From assembly GCA_964567585.1 (NCBI GenBank), contig CAZMND010000002.1, positions 7,592-71,591 on the forward strand: a stretch of DNA of 64,000 bases. The letters are read 5' to 3'. Origin of the DNA: an uncultured Lachnospiraceae bacterium (GTDB lineage: Bacteria; Bacillota; Clostridia; Lachnospirales; Lachnospiraceae). The translations under genes were made by a program, and so were the position numbers. The notes beneath the pieces were generated by a model. The model was not told the DNA's origin, made no database searches, and saw only the letters and a program-made list of their open reading frames with translations. Positions within the stretch are counted from its first letter, which is position 1; each line of letters opens with the position of its first letter. Positions 12,101-19,767 of this stretch are shown here, piece after piece.

Positions 12101-15100
12101 AAGCATTGGTTAAGGCTACACTTAGTGACCCGGACCATTATCTGACAAGAAAGGATGCAATTCCTTACTACATCAGAGTGGAAAAAGATGGTGTAATTGT
12201 CGAAGATACGGCATATGATTTGTCGCAGGAAGAAGAAGCTGCTGTCTACGAAAAGAAACATAGCTACATTGTTGACAAAGGCGAACATACATATAAATTT
12301 ACAATGTATGTGATTGTAAGTGACAGATTCGTAGAATTGGATACACTTACATTTACAACAGAAGAAATTATTCAGGGATTTGATACTGCATATGAAATGA
12401 TAAAGCTTCTTCAGGACAATCCGGATGGTAAATATGTTGCAACAAACAGTTTTGTACTCAATTCCAATGAATGGAATTTCAAAGATGTTGTGGACCCGGG
12501 TGATGTGGAAGCAATGCCGGAAGCAGATCTTGAGGCTATGGGAGATGGCTTATCAGGGGCCAATATTGTTAATATTTTCAATGGTAAAATTGATTTCCAA
12601 GGTTTTACCTTGACACATAACTATTATGAAGATTCCCAAAGAATGATTACTAATATTGGTTCCCAAGGTGTTATTGAAAATTTTGTGTATTCGGTTAAAT
12701 GTTTAAATGCTACCAGAGTTTATGATGATGGTGTACTTTGCTATCGAAATTTTGGTACGATTCGTGACATTTATATGAAATACCATGGAGGATATTATTT
12801 AAATAATGAATATTTTGGTATTTTATGTCGAATTAATTCTTCAACAGGTATAATTGAAAAATTTGTTATTGAGAATATTCCTGACGAAGGTTTTTCAAGT
12901 TTTAGTGCATACAAAAATGCCGGAATTGTGGCAAATACAAATTATGGCATTGTGCGTTATGGATATGCATATGGAGAAAATGTTGTTACTACTGAAGTAA
13001 ACCAAATTACATCAAGAGATATCGGTGGTTTGGTGGGTGTTAATGCTACACTTGGTAATATGTATAGTTTATATAGTTTACTAAATGTGGATGAAACCAG
13101 CTTGCGTAAGGACAGCGATTATACATATGGTGGTGATTATGGTGCAGTTTGTGGACGTTCAACGGGCAAACTTCACAATCTTTATTCTGCAAAAGACAGT
13201 TTTATTATAGAAAGTAAAAATAGTGAAGCGGATGGTTATCATCATAGTCAGGTTGTTGGTCGGAGAACAAGACCAACTAACTCGAATGTTTATTATTATA
13301 GTAATAAATCATATCCGGATGCGGAAGCTTCAAAAGTATATAGTGTTGGCATTAATGAGTTATATGATGTAACATGGCAAAAAAATATGTTGACGGATAA
13401 TTTTGATGTGAGTCTTGTAGAGGTTGGATATTATCCACACATTGAACTTTCTTCGGATTTGCCGGAACAGGAGTATATTGCATTACCTACAAGGGATATG
13501 TCACAACAAGTTGAAATATCTAGAGCGACTGTAATGGAATATGGTGTTTTAGCGGATGGAAAGACCGATTGTGCAACAGTAGAATTTGTATTTTCAAATA
13601 GAGATGGCGTGAATATTATCGGTCTTGAAATTACAGACCTTGATGTAGAACTTGATTTAACAACAGCATCTTATGAAGATGGTTATACTACAATTTGGGG
13701 TGTGGTTTCCAATCCGAGAAGCTTTTATTCGGAATACGAGATACAGAGCGTAAAATATTATCGAAACAGTAATCTTTCTGCCAATGCAGTAAACTATCTT
13801 TTAAAGGCAGATTTTTGCCGTAAAATTTATACTACAGATGACTGGTATGATTATATGGTTGACCGCAATAGTGCGGAGGAATACGAAAACATAAAATTAG
13901 AAGCTGATTTGGATTTCCAAGGTATTAAAGCGGATGATATTATGGTTAAATATGCCTTTGACCGTATTTTTGACGGCAATGGACATACGATTTCCAACAT
14001 TGACTTACAATATGGATTTAATGCAAAAAATAATTCTACTATAAGACGATTGTTTAAGGGAGACATTCAGTACAGTAGTACCATTAAGAATTTATATATT
14101 GAAAATTATAAAGCAGGTGGAAAATATTATTATGCATCAAAAGGTAAAACATATATTTCCACATCAGCAGGTGTTTTTGGTACGGTTTATGGTGTGTTAG
14201 AAAACATACATGTAAAAGATGTGGAACTTTATACCTACAGTTATGCAGGCGGTTTGGCGGCATATCTGGCAGCTTCCGGTGAAGCAAAGGATTGTTCAGT
14301 AACAAATCTTAATTTAGTGTATTGTGATCCGAATGATACTAATGTTGACAGTTTTATCGGTGGTCTTGTTGGTCGAATGAATGAATCAAGACTGAGTCAT
14401 TGCTATACACAAAATGTAAATATTACTGTTGAAGAGACAAAATCAACTTATGGTATAGGTGGTGTTGTTGGCTATGCAGTAAACAGTGTGATTGACACAG
14501 CTTATGCGGAAGGTGAAATTGTCAGTCGAGCACAAAAAGTTGGTGGTGTTGTAGGACATTACTATTGTACAAATGCTGCTGTTGCATGTATGAAAAATAT
14601 GTATGCAAAGGTGGATATAATTTGTTATACAGATATTGTTGGTGGTTTGGTCGGTCAGAATAATATTACCCAGGAAAGAGTCAGTGCAACAAATAACTTT
14701 TCAGGTATTGCTTTTGGAAACGTTTATCTTTCCAACATTGATTCTGTGAACTGTTCACAGACCATTGGTGCAAATTTAGGTAAGACTGCAACCTTCTATG
14801 GCTACGAAGAGCAGCTTGTCAATGGTATATCCGGTGTAGGCTATGAAGGAAAAGAAGAGTATATCAGAGGGCTGGCAAGTTTTGACGAACTGATGAATGA
14901 TGCAGAAAATACATATTTTAATGTGATTGAATTTGAAAATGTATATGATGTATCCGGTGCAGAAGACGGTTATTTGCCGAAAATGTACTATGAAGACCAA
15001 AGTAAAGGTTTGCTTCCAAATCAAACAGATTTAGTATTAAATGAACTAAGGGAACTGGATATTGAAGTAACAAATGTTCTTCATAATGATGTAAACAGGC

Positions 15101-18100
15101 TTGTAACTGTAGAACTTCGAAATCCGAATAATTACAAAATTACAGCAATCAATATCAGAGATTTAAAATATCATTTTGTTGATATGACAAAAGGAAGTGC
15201 TCATTATGGAGATGCGGTTTCTATTGATGTGGCATCGGATTATGATAGAGGATATACGCGTATTTATCTTCAGTATGATGAAGAGCGAAATCAGGAATAT
15301 TTTTTAGACAGTTATGTTTTGGACAAAATCTCGTTCTATGCTGTTGAAAACAGTGGATTAGATAAAAATCTTACATCAGATAGCATAACAACTAATTTAA
15401 AAGATATTGAGATTTATTCAAGAATTAATGTAATGTTATGTATGGATATTCCGAATGTTTCGGCATGGCAGAATATTGCAAATAGGGAAAATAATGGTCA
15501 TACCTATGAAAATTACCGTTTGACAGGCGATTTGGACTTCACTTATGAAAAACCTGCAACGAATTTGAAACTTGGACGATTGATTTCGGATAATGGTGAA
15601 AGAACTATCCGAAATGTTAATATCAAAGGTGCAGATATGCATTTGATTTCAAGATTAAATAGTGGTATATCCGGTGTTAATTTTGTTAATTGTACGGTTA
15701 CATCATCGACAGTAAACTGTATTGGACTTATTGGTGTATCGAATGGTTCAATAATTAATTGTGATTTTGAAAAAATTACAATTAATCCACAGACCAATAA
15801 CCGTGATGAAGTTGGTATTATCGGTCACTGTAATGGTGGTACATATAAAAATATTACCTTAAAAGATATTACAATTAATGCCACACAAACAAATATCGAT
15901 TATGTTGGTGGTTTTGCAGGTAAAGTTCAAGATGAAAGTTTTTACGAAAATATCGCGGCTTCAAATATCAAGGTAACAGGAACTGCGAATTATGTCGGCG
16001 GTTTGGCGGGCTATATTGAAACAGCAAATGTGAAAGATATAGATATCAGTGATATTGTAGTGGATGGAAAAGCAAACTACGTAGGTGGCTTTAGTGGACT
16101 ACTTGGTGCTAATAGTAACTATAGAGATCAAGTTGCCTCTAATATAAGAATTACAGGAACGGCTACTTATGATGCAGAGGGAAGATGTGTATCCTCTACA
16201 ACCAATATTTATGGAAATAAATATGTAGGCGGATTTGTAGGATATATTTGTGAAAAAGTTGGTACAGCATATGAAGTTTCACGAATTAATCCGAATCTGT
16301 TAGTAGATCAGGTGGTTGTAGAAGGGCTTGATTGCTTCGGTGGTGCTATTGGTTGGTCCTATACCAATATGTATCATTTAACAGTAAGTAATAGTTTAGT
16401 AAAAACAAGAAGCACTATGGATTCGGCAACAGTTTATGCATCATGTGGCGGTATCATAGGTGAAACGACATATTCAGCCACTAGGGCACTTTTGACAGAT
16501 AATGTTTTGATTGATGTTACAAATACCAATAATGTAGGTGGCCTTGTGGGTGCATATAGCAAAGCTACCATGCAACAGTGTTTTGCTAAAAACAGCCATA
16601 TCAATGCTTCAAAAACCAATAAATGTACAGAAACATTGATAAATGTTGGTGGTCTTATAGGATGTTATGAAAATTCAATGTATTATAACGGAGTTCTCAA
16701 TACCAATATTTATGCTCCGGATTATAGTAATGTCGGTGGCCTTGTAGGTCGTTTATCTACATCCCTTGCCAATAGTCATTATGTTGGCCGTTCCTTCTAT
16801 TTGGCTGATTATGATAAAGAAGCAGAATTAGAATATTTAGCAGATACATTGAATCGATATACGGCAGCTGCATCAGATGATTATTATGTTGTAGGTTTTA
16901 CAAACGTTGGTGGTCTTGTAGGTATGCAAAACAGTGGTTATGTAAGAGAAAATTATTCTAATGCTAATGTTATTGCAGCCAATACACAGATAGCCGGTGG
17001 TATGGTTGGTATGTACTGTAATGAGTATATTGCAAGTGTTTCTGCAGGAAAAACGAATTATACATATTCTGTAACCGGTATGTATAATAACTATTTTGCA
17101 GGAAATGTAACGGCTGTTAATGGTTATGCAGGAGGGGCAATTGGTAGGACAGGACTTCTATATAAGGGTCTGGGTACTGATGCAAATGGAACTGTTTCAT
17201 TGACAGGCTATAATGGTAGCCGTATCAAAGGTGTAAACTCTAATACCAACGAAGTAGATAAAACATACGGTAATATTGTATTTGCTGATACAATTACCGG
17301 TGGAAGTGGCAAAACAGGTGCTTTTGCAGCTGATGACACCAAGTTTGTATTTATTGGTCGAGATAACCGTATTTGGGATAAAACTATTTTAAATGATGGT
17401 ACAGGTAATGTTTATGCAGCTTCAATAACGAAGGAAGACGGAGCGTATGCGTATAATTACTGGAATCCTGATAAAACAAAGCTTGCTTCAGGTTTCCCTA
17501 GTAAATTGAATGAGATGCAAGTTTTTGAAAGCACAGATCTTGATGGTAGTTATGTTGTAAATACTAAATATAACAGAGCAAGTAACTTCTACAGTTCTAT
17601 TGGTTGGACATTGGCATATACAGGAACGGCATCTTATGGTTATGTAAACCGTAATACATACTGGGGAGCATCCGTAGGTGATATCCCGGATGGTTCCGGC
17701 GGCACAAAGGGGCTTAGAAACAGATATGATCCAAATGTATATGATTCCGGCTCATACCTGCCGATTATCCGTGAAGCTACTACAACAATGTATAACCAGG
17801 ATAATCTTGTTCAGAAGCAGTTTACTTTAAGCAGACTGCCGTTGCCAAGAGATAAGGCTATGGCACGTACACTTAGTTTGACTTCAAATTATGGTTTGAG
17901 ACAGATAGAAGCTACTTACGGTACCTTGTATGCATCGGATATTGATAAAATCAACGTGGAATTCTCTGATGATTTGGTAGATGCAGGATATTATGTATTA
18001 AAATCAGGTGATACTGTAATTGCAAAAGAAGTAATTAAAGACAGGGTAACAACATTTAGTTATGCATTTGATGAAAACATAACCTTCGAATATGGTTTCT

Positions 18101-19611
18101 TAAAAGATACGAGTTTATCGGAAGATACTATTTTGAAGGGAAGTAATCTTGAGGAACTGGAAAGCCTTCTTTTCGGTGTGAATGATATTAAGACAGATAT
18201 TATGGTATACAGAAATGATTACTATTATATTTCGGAGGAAGGTCTTGTTTCATCAGCAGGCACATGGGCAGGCGACTTTGTTACATTGATGAATGGTAAA
18301 GCATTAGATGCAAGTGGAAATATCTGGAATGTAGAAAGCCGTAAGAAAGTAGGAAGTGTTACACAAACAGTGAAACAAAGTGAGGATAATCCACTTTGGA
18401 CATTCAAATACGGAAGTATTGATATAAAAACCTATGCGAAGTTCAGTGCAATTGAATCGGAATATGATACTATCAACAGAAATGCACAGATTTTTGTACT
18501 GAATGAACAGTTATTCGCTGTGGATGGTTCGCTTGAAACAAGAAAGACGGATATTTTGATTTACAAACTGAATGGCGTTCAATACCAGACAGTTCTGGGT
18601 AATGATGGTATGATGGTTGATATGATGCAGGATGATTGGAATATTCCGGAAGACGTGGACAATCAGGCGATTGTTCGTATGAGTAATACGTTAAATGCAT
18701 CGGTTCCATATGTTCTTGTTGAATACAATAACGGCGGAATTATCGGATATAATTACGCAACAGGCGATATCCTTTTTGATAACAGTATCGAAAAAGAAGT
18801 TTCTCTGTTAGATTATGCGGTTGAATTCTTTGGTGAGAAGAAAGATTCACAGTATGCAAATATCAGCAATACTTATTCGGCAAATGCTAATTTGAGTGAA
18901 ATGATTCATTCAGCTGCTGATTTGGAAAAAATTGTCGGTAACAGTTCGGGTGAACTTGTAACTGATAACAGTACCGGAGAAAATACAGGTTCTACGGTAG
19001 GTGCGCAGGCGATGGCGGATGCAAATAATGCACAGGCAGGAGAAGGTGTACAAGGAAGCAGTGATGCACTGAATGGCCAGGGTTCTAATGAAGATGATTT
19101 TGCAGGCGTAAAGGATGATGAAGAAGGTACGTTTGTAAGTACACAGGAAACAGAACCTGAAAATGCTACAGAAAATGAAAGTACTTCTTCTGAAACATCA
19201 ACCGAAATCGTGGAAGATGAAAACACCAAGGATTCGGATGATACTAATGTAGATAATACGGAAGAAGGTAATTCGTCTGCGAATAATCCAAATCCGAGCG
19301 AACGTCCGGAAAATCCGGGTGAAAATCAGGAAGTCGGAGCCGGAGAATATATGACTGTTTACAACAATGAAACAGGCGTATATGAAATTGTCAGTGTGGC
19401 AGAGTATCTCACTAAGGATGCGTATATTTCCGAAAATCATAAACTGGGTATTAAAGATTTATCTAAAGAAGTATCCAGTGGATATGCGGTATCGACTATT
19501 GATGTAAATCAGGAAAGAGGTATTATTATGTACATTATTCCGATTTTCATTATCTTTGGTATTGCAGGCGCAATTATTATTTATGTAAAACGTAAAGAGC
19601 GTAAAGCATAA
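9181..19611 (+). CDS. Giant (3,476 aa) surface protein: N-terminal TM, acidic/Pro-rich stalk, six FN3-like modules, three beta-helix cassettes with GLUG-like motifs, C-terminal globular region, acidic low-complexity stalk, C-terminal TM plus KRKERKA tail
   Basis: A single uninterrupted 10.4-kb ORF with an ATGA overlap with the upstream gene. TM segments at ~9247-9303 and ~19519-19587. Motifs were read directly (see the repeat feature and findings). Confidence 0.9.
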   Translation: MILKKNKETVKKVNKKALDKRNYFFFALVGVILIGILMILQTRFKEYFRLNNDGFAVVSNTVTEYLSIDPNEEDVEKIISLKSFDALEYLYTQGGKIFLGEDKKVEVDTSYPVYMNQGAVLQLIEGTGILYDEDYERVETYQGLYIEGGYAYNVDGQKADPVRYLFLGMNNGNFVNFDEITYHLKNEEYDINENSLVHFEADYFSYYEYEKGELVYKYCVSVNDSFKLKVGETQYTYDELLKLLGLRSEYASFDGIEKDENVEEDFTVNDDVEMDEDEDDTVEAQVEKPKAQPSTPPTPPAPSQGKENTNSSPGVRPEGIVRPGSGSGNTEDKTDEVENYIQPNVIINSVSAKVYRIEIDATVYDPANRIDTTRFVRFEVYEVDKDGNEQLAMRSYRRGEGQNVTTLGGGAIKPETTYRIYGDYTYFDQYDKEQYVDLGSYEITTGSFSDLTQISLTHKQGTSYHNRIEVVDFGYKPDESDDELIYGISQYGGIRFVVKNKTTGAEVTSRILTVGETNSFKANNGVILNSLSTLKAKTEYQYEFEIEDYFGNKITLENAIGYAMTSNHAPSATIIEKNNEIGRMVLTLSIEDVDAAAVPSKSTTDAADACDVYVILTKDDPSRLEKYTTFEEMEEAGVITAYKKLDVGEYTYTPYDSETGTISATNLDIEFTNLRLGEKFFVTVYGDYDLTNQKGPQYFKPIGQSSFKTTDLNSLGKIYVTVDFDTDRLTYKSLPMSFHLNNEATSPQLETLITGMKIDVIRDGGVGDDAIIDATFGFTDSTLAADGSTKIIDMFKNTAVTYLADNLQSMTEYQLKAVIYAKYQDEEYEITPQLSNYAFKTLRKPAEVIVEDLLFAAGTLVFDVKVEDPDETVIGISGDKVVVQLYTREGEFVKTTRVEKGLEEWQTVTFDNLDPGKKYQIRFVAVEYNEGYTNASYESNKILKTVDVNESMSMDGTIKLQSVSEIDGDVEHYQALVKATLSDPDHYLTRKDAIPYYIRVEKDGVIVEDTAYDLSQEEEAAVYEKKHSYIVDKGEHTYKFTMYVIVSDRFVELDTLTFTTEEIIQGFDTAYEMIKLLQDNPDGKYVATNSFVLNSNEWNFKDVVDPGDVEAMPEADLEAMGDGLSGANIVNIFNGKIDFQGFTLTHNYYEDSQRMITNIGSQGVIENFVYSVKCLNATRVYDDGVLCYRNFGTIRDIYMKYHGGYYLNNEYFGILCRINSSTGIIEKFVIENIPDEGFSSFSAYKNAGIVANTNYGIVRYGYAYGENVVTTEVNQITSRDIGGLVGVNATLGNMYSLYSLLNVDETSLRKDSDYTYGGDYGAVCGRSTGKLHNLYSAKDSFIIESKNSEADGYHHSQVVGRRTRPTNSNVYYYSNKSYPDAEASKVYSVGINELYDVTWQKNMLTDNFDVSLVEVGYYPHIELSSDLPEQEYIALPTRDMSQQVEISRATVMEYGVLADGKTDCATVEFVFSNRDGVNIIGLEITDLDVELDLTTASYEDGYTTIWGVVSNPRSFYSEYEIQSVKYYRNSNLSANAVNYLLKADFCRKIYTTDDWYDYMVDRNSAEEYENIKLEADLDFQGIKADDIMVKYAFDRIFDGNGHTISNIDLQYGFNAKNNSTIRRLFKGDIQYSSTIKNLYIENYKAGGKYYYASKGKTYISTSAGVFGTVYGVLENIHVKDVELYTYSYAGGLAAYLAASGEAKDCSVTNLNLVYCDPNDTNVDSFIGGLVGRMNESRLSHCYTQNVNITVEETKSTYGIGGVVGYAVNSVIDTAYAEGEIVSRAQKVGGVVGHYYCTNAAVACMKNMYAKVDIICYTDIVGGLVGQNNITQERVSATNNFSGIAFGNVYLSNIDSVNCSQTIGANLGKTATFYGYEEQLVNGISGVGYEGKEEYIRGLASFDELMNDAENTYFNVIEFENVYDVSGAEDGYLPKMYYEDQSKGLLPNQTDLVLNELRELDIEVTNVLHNDVNRLVTVELRNPNNYKITAINIRDLKYHFVDMTKGSAHYGDAVSIDVASDYDRGYTRIYLQYDEERNQEYFLDSYVLDKISFYAVENSGLDKNLTSDSITTNLKDIEIYSRINVMLCMDIPNVSAWQNIANRENNGHTYENYRLTGDLDFTYEKPATNLKLGRLISDNGERTIRNVNIKGADMHLISRLNSGISGVNFVNCTVTSSTVNCIGLIGVSNGSIINCDFEKITINPQTNNRDEVGIIGHCNGGTYKNITLKDITINATQTNIDYVGGFAGKVQDESFYENIAASNIKVTGTANYVGGLAGYIETANVKDIDISDIVVDGKANYVGGFSGLLGANSNYRDQVASNIRITGTATYDAEGRCVSSTTNIYGNKYVGGFVGYICEKVGTAYEVSRINPNLLVDQVVVEGLDCFGGAIGWSYTNMYHLTVSNSLVKTRSTMDSATVYASCGGIIGETTYSATRALLTDNVLIDVTNTNNVGGLVGAYSKATMQQCFAKNSHINASKTNKCTETLINVGGLIGCYENSMYYNGVLNTNIYAPDYSNVGGLVGRLSTSLANSHYVGRSFYLADYDKEAELEYLADTLNRYTAAASDDYYVVGFTNVGGLVGMQNSGYVRENYSNANVIAANTQIAGGMVGMYCNEYIASVSAGKTNYTYSVTGMYNNYFAGNVTAVNGYAGGAIGRTGLLYKGLGTDANGTVSLTGYNGSRIKGVNSNTNEVDKTYGNIVFADTITGGSGKTGAFAADDTKFVFIGRDNRIWDKTILNDGTGNVYAASITKEDGAYAYNYWNPDKTKLASGFPSKLNEMQVFESTDLDGSYVVNTKYNRASNFYSSIGWTLAYTGTASYGYVNRNTYWGASVGDIPDGSGGTKGLRNRYDPNVYDSGSYLPIIREATTTMYNQDNLVQKQFTLSRLPLPRDKAMARTLSLTSNYGLRQIEATYGTLYASDIDKINVEFSDDLVDAGYYVLKSGDTVIAKEVIKDRVTTFSYAFDENITFEYGFLKDTSLSEDTILKGSNLEELESLLFGVNDIKTDIMVYRNDYYYISEEGLVSSAGTWAGDFVTLMNGKALDASGNIWNVESRKKVGSVTQTVKQSEDNPLWTFKYGSIDIKTYAKFSAIESEYDTINRNAQIFVLNEQLFAVDGSLETRKTDILIYKLNGVQYQTVLGNDGMMVDMMQDDWNIPEDVDNQAIVRMSNTLNASVPYVLVEYNNGGIIGYNYATGDILFDNSIEKEVSLLDYAVEFFGEKKDSQYANISNTYSANANLSEMIHSAADLEKIVGNSSGELVTDNSTGENTGSTVGAQAMADANNAQAGEGVQGSSDALNGQGSNEDDFAGVKDDEEGTFVSTQETEPENATENESTSSETSTEIVEDENTKDSDDTNVDNTEEGNSSANNPNPSERPENPGENQEVGAGEYMTVYNNETGVYEIVSVAEYLTKDAYISENHKLGIKDLSKEVSSGYAVSTIDVNQERGIIMYIIPIFIIFGIAGAIIIYVKRKERKA
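10201..12366 (+). repeat. Six tandem FN3/Ig-like modules within the giant protein
   Basis: Recurrent ~105-145 aa units end in strand signatures TTYRIYGDYTY, TEYQYEFEIEDY, KFFVTVYGDYDL, TEYQLKAVIYAKY, KKYQIRFVAVEY and HTYKFTMYVIV, followed by h-x-h-T-T. Confidence 0.6.
12379..17150 (+). repeat. Three beta-helix-type super-repeats carrying at least 18 GGLVG/GGhhG (GLUG-like) motifs within the giant protein
   Basis: Cassette entry signatures are FNGKIDFQGFTLTHN (12577-12621), DLDFQG...FDGNGHTISNIDL (~13900-14010) and GDLDFTYEK...SDNGERTIRNVNI (~15520-15625). Motifs include IGGLVGVN, FIGGLVGRMN, VGGVVGHY, VGGLVGQN, YVGGFAGK, YVGGLAGY, YVGGFSGL, YVGGFVGY, NVGGLVGAY, NVGGLIGCY, NVGGLVGRL, NVGGLVGMQ, AGGMVGMY and YAGGAIGR. 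Confidence 0.7.
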
Positions 19612-19619
19612 AACTAAAG

Positions 19620-19651
19620 GAGTCGTAATTTGATGATTACGGCTCTTTTTA
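19620..19651 (+). terminator. Rho-independent terminator closing the giant-protein/F1-like operon
   Basis: Stem GAGTCGTAAT / ATTACGGCTC (10 bp, one G-U pair), 6-nt loop, then TTTTT. It starts 9 nt after the stop codon. Confidence 0.8.
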
Positions 19652-19767
19652 TGCATATCGCACAAAAAGAGAAAAAAAACTTGTGAAATATGTACACTTA
19701 TAACGTTGTGTTTTTATATAAAATTCTTTATTCTTATTGTGTATGTTTAAGTACAGAAGGAGAACTT

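Noticed and set aside
9181-19611. Sortase-anchored adhesin or secreted Zmp/IgA1-type metalloprotease interpretation of the giant protein
   Set aside because: Reading the translation, I found no LPXTG-like motif before the C-terminal TM and no HExxH. GLUG-like motifs alone do not imply protease activity.
19690-19767. N-terminal extension of the LtaS-like ORF (track start 19690)
   Set aside because: The extension (MYTYNVVFLYKILYSYCVCLSTEGEL) has no RBS and lies in promoter-like AT-rich DNA. The ATG at 19768 has a GAAGGAG RBS at the correct spacing.
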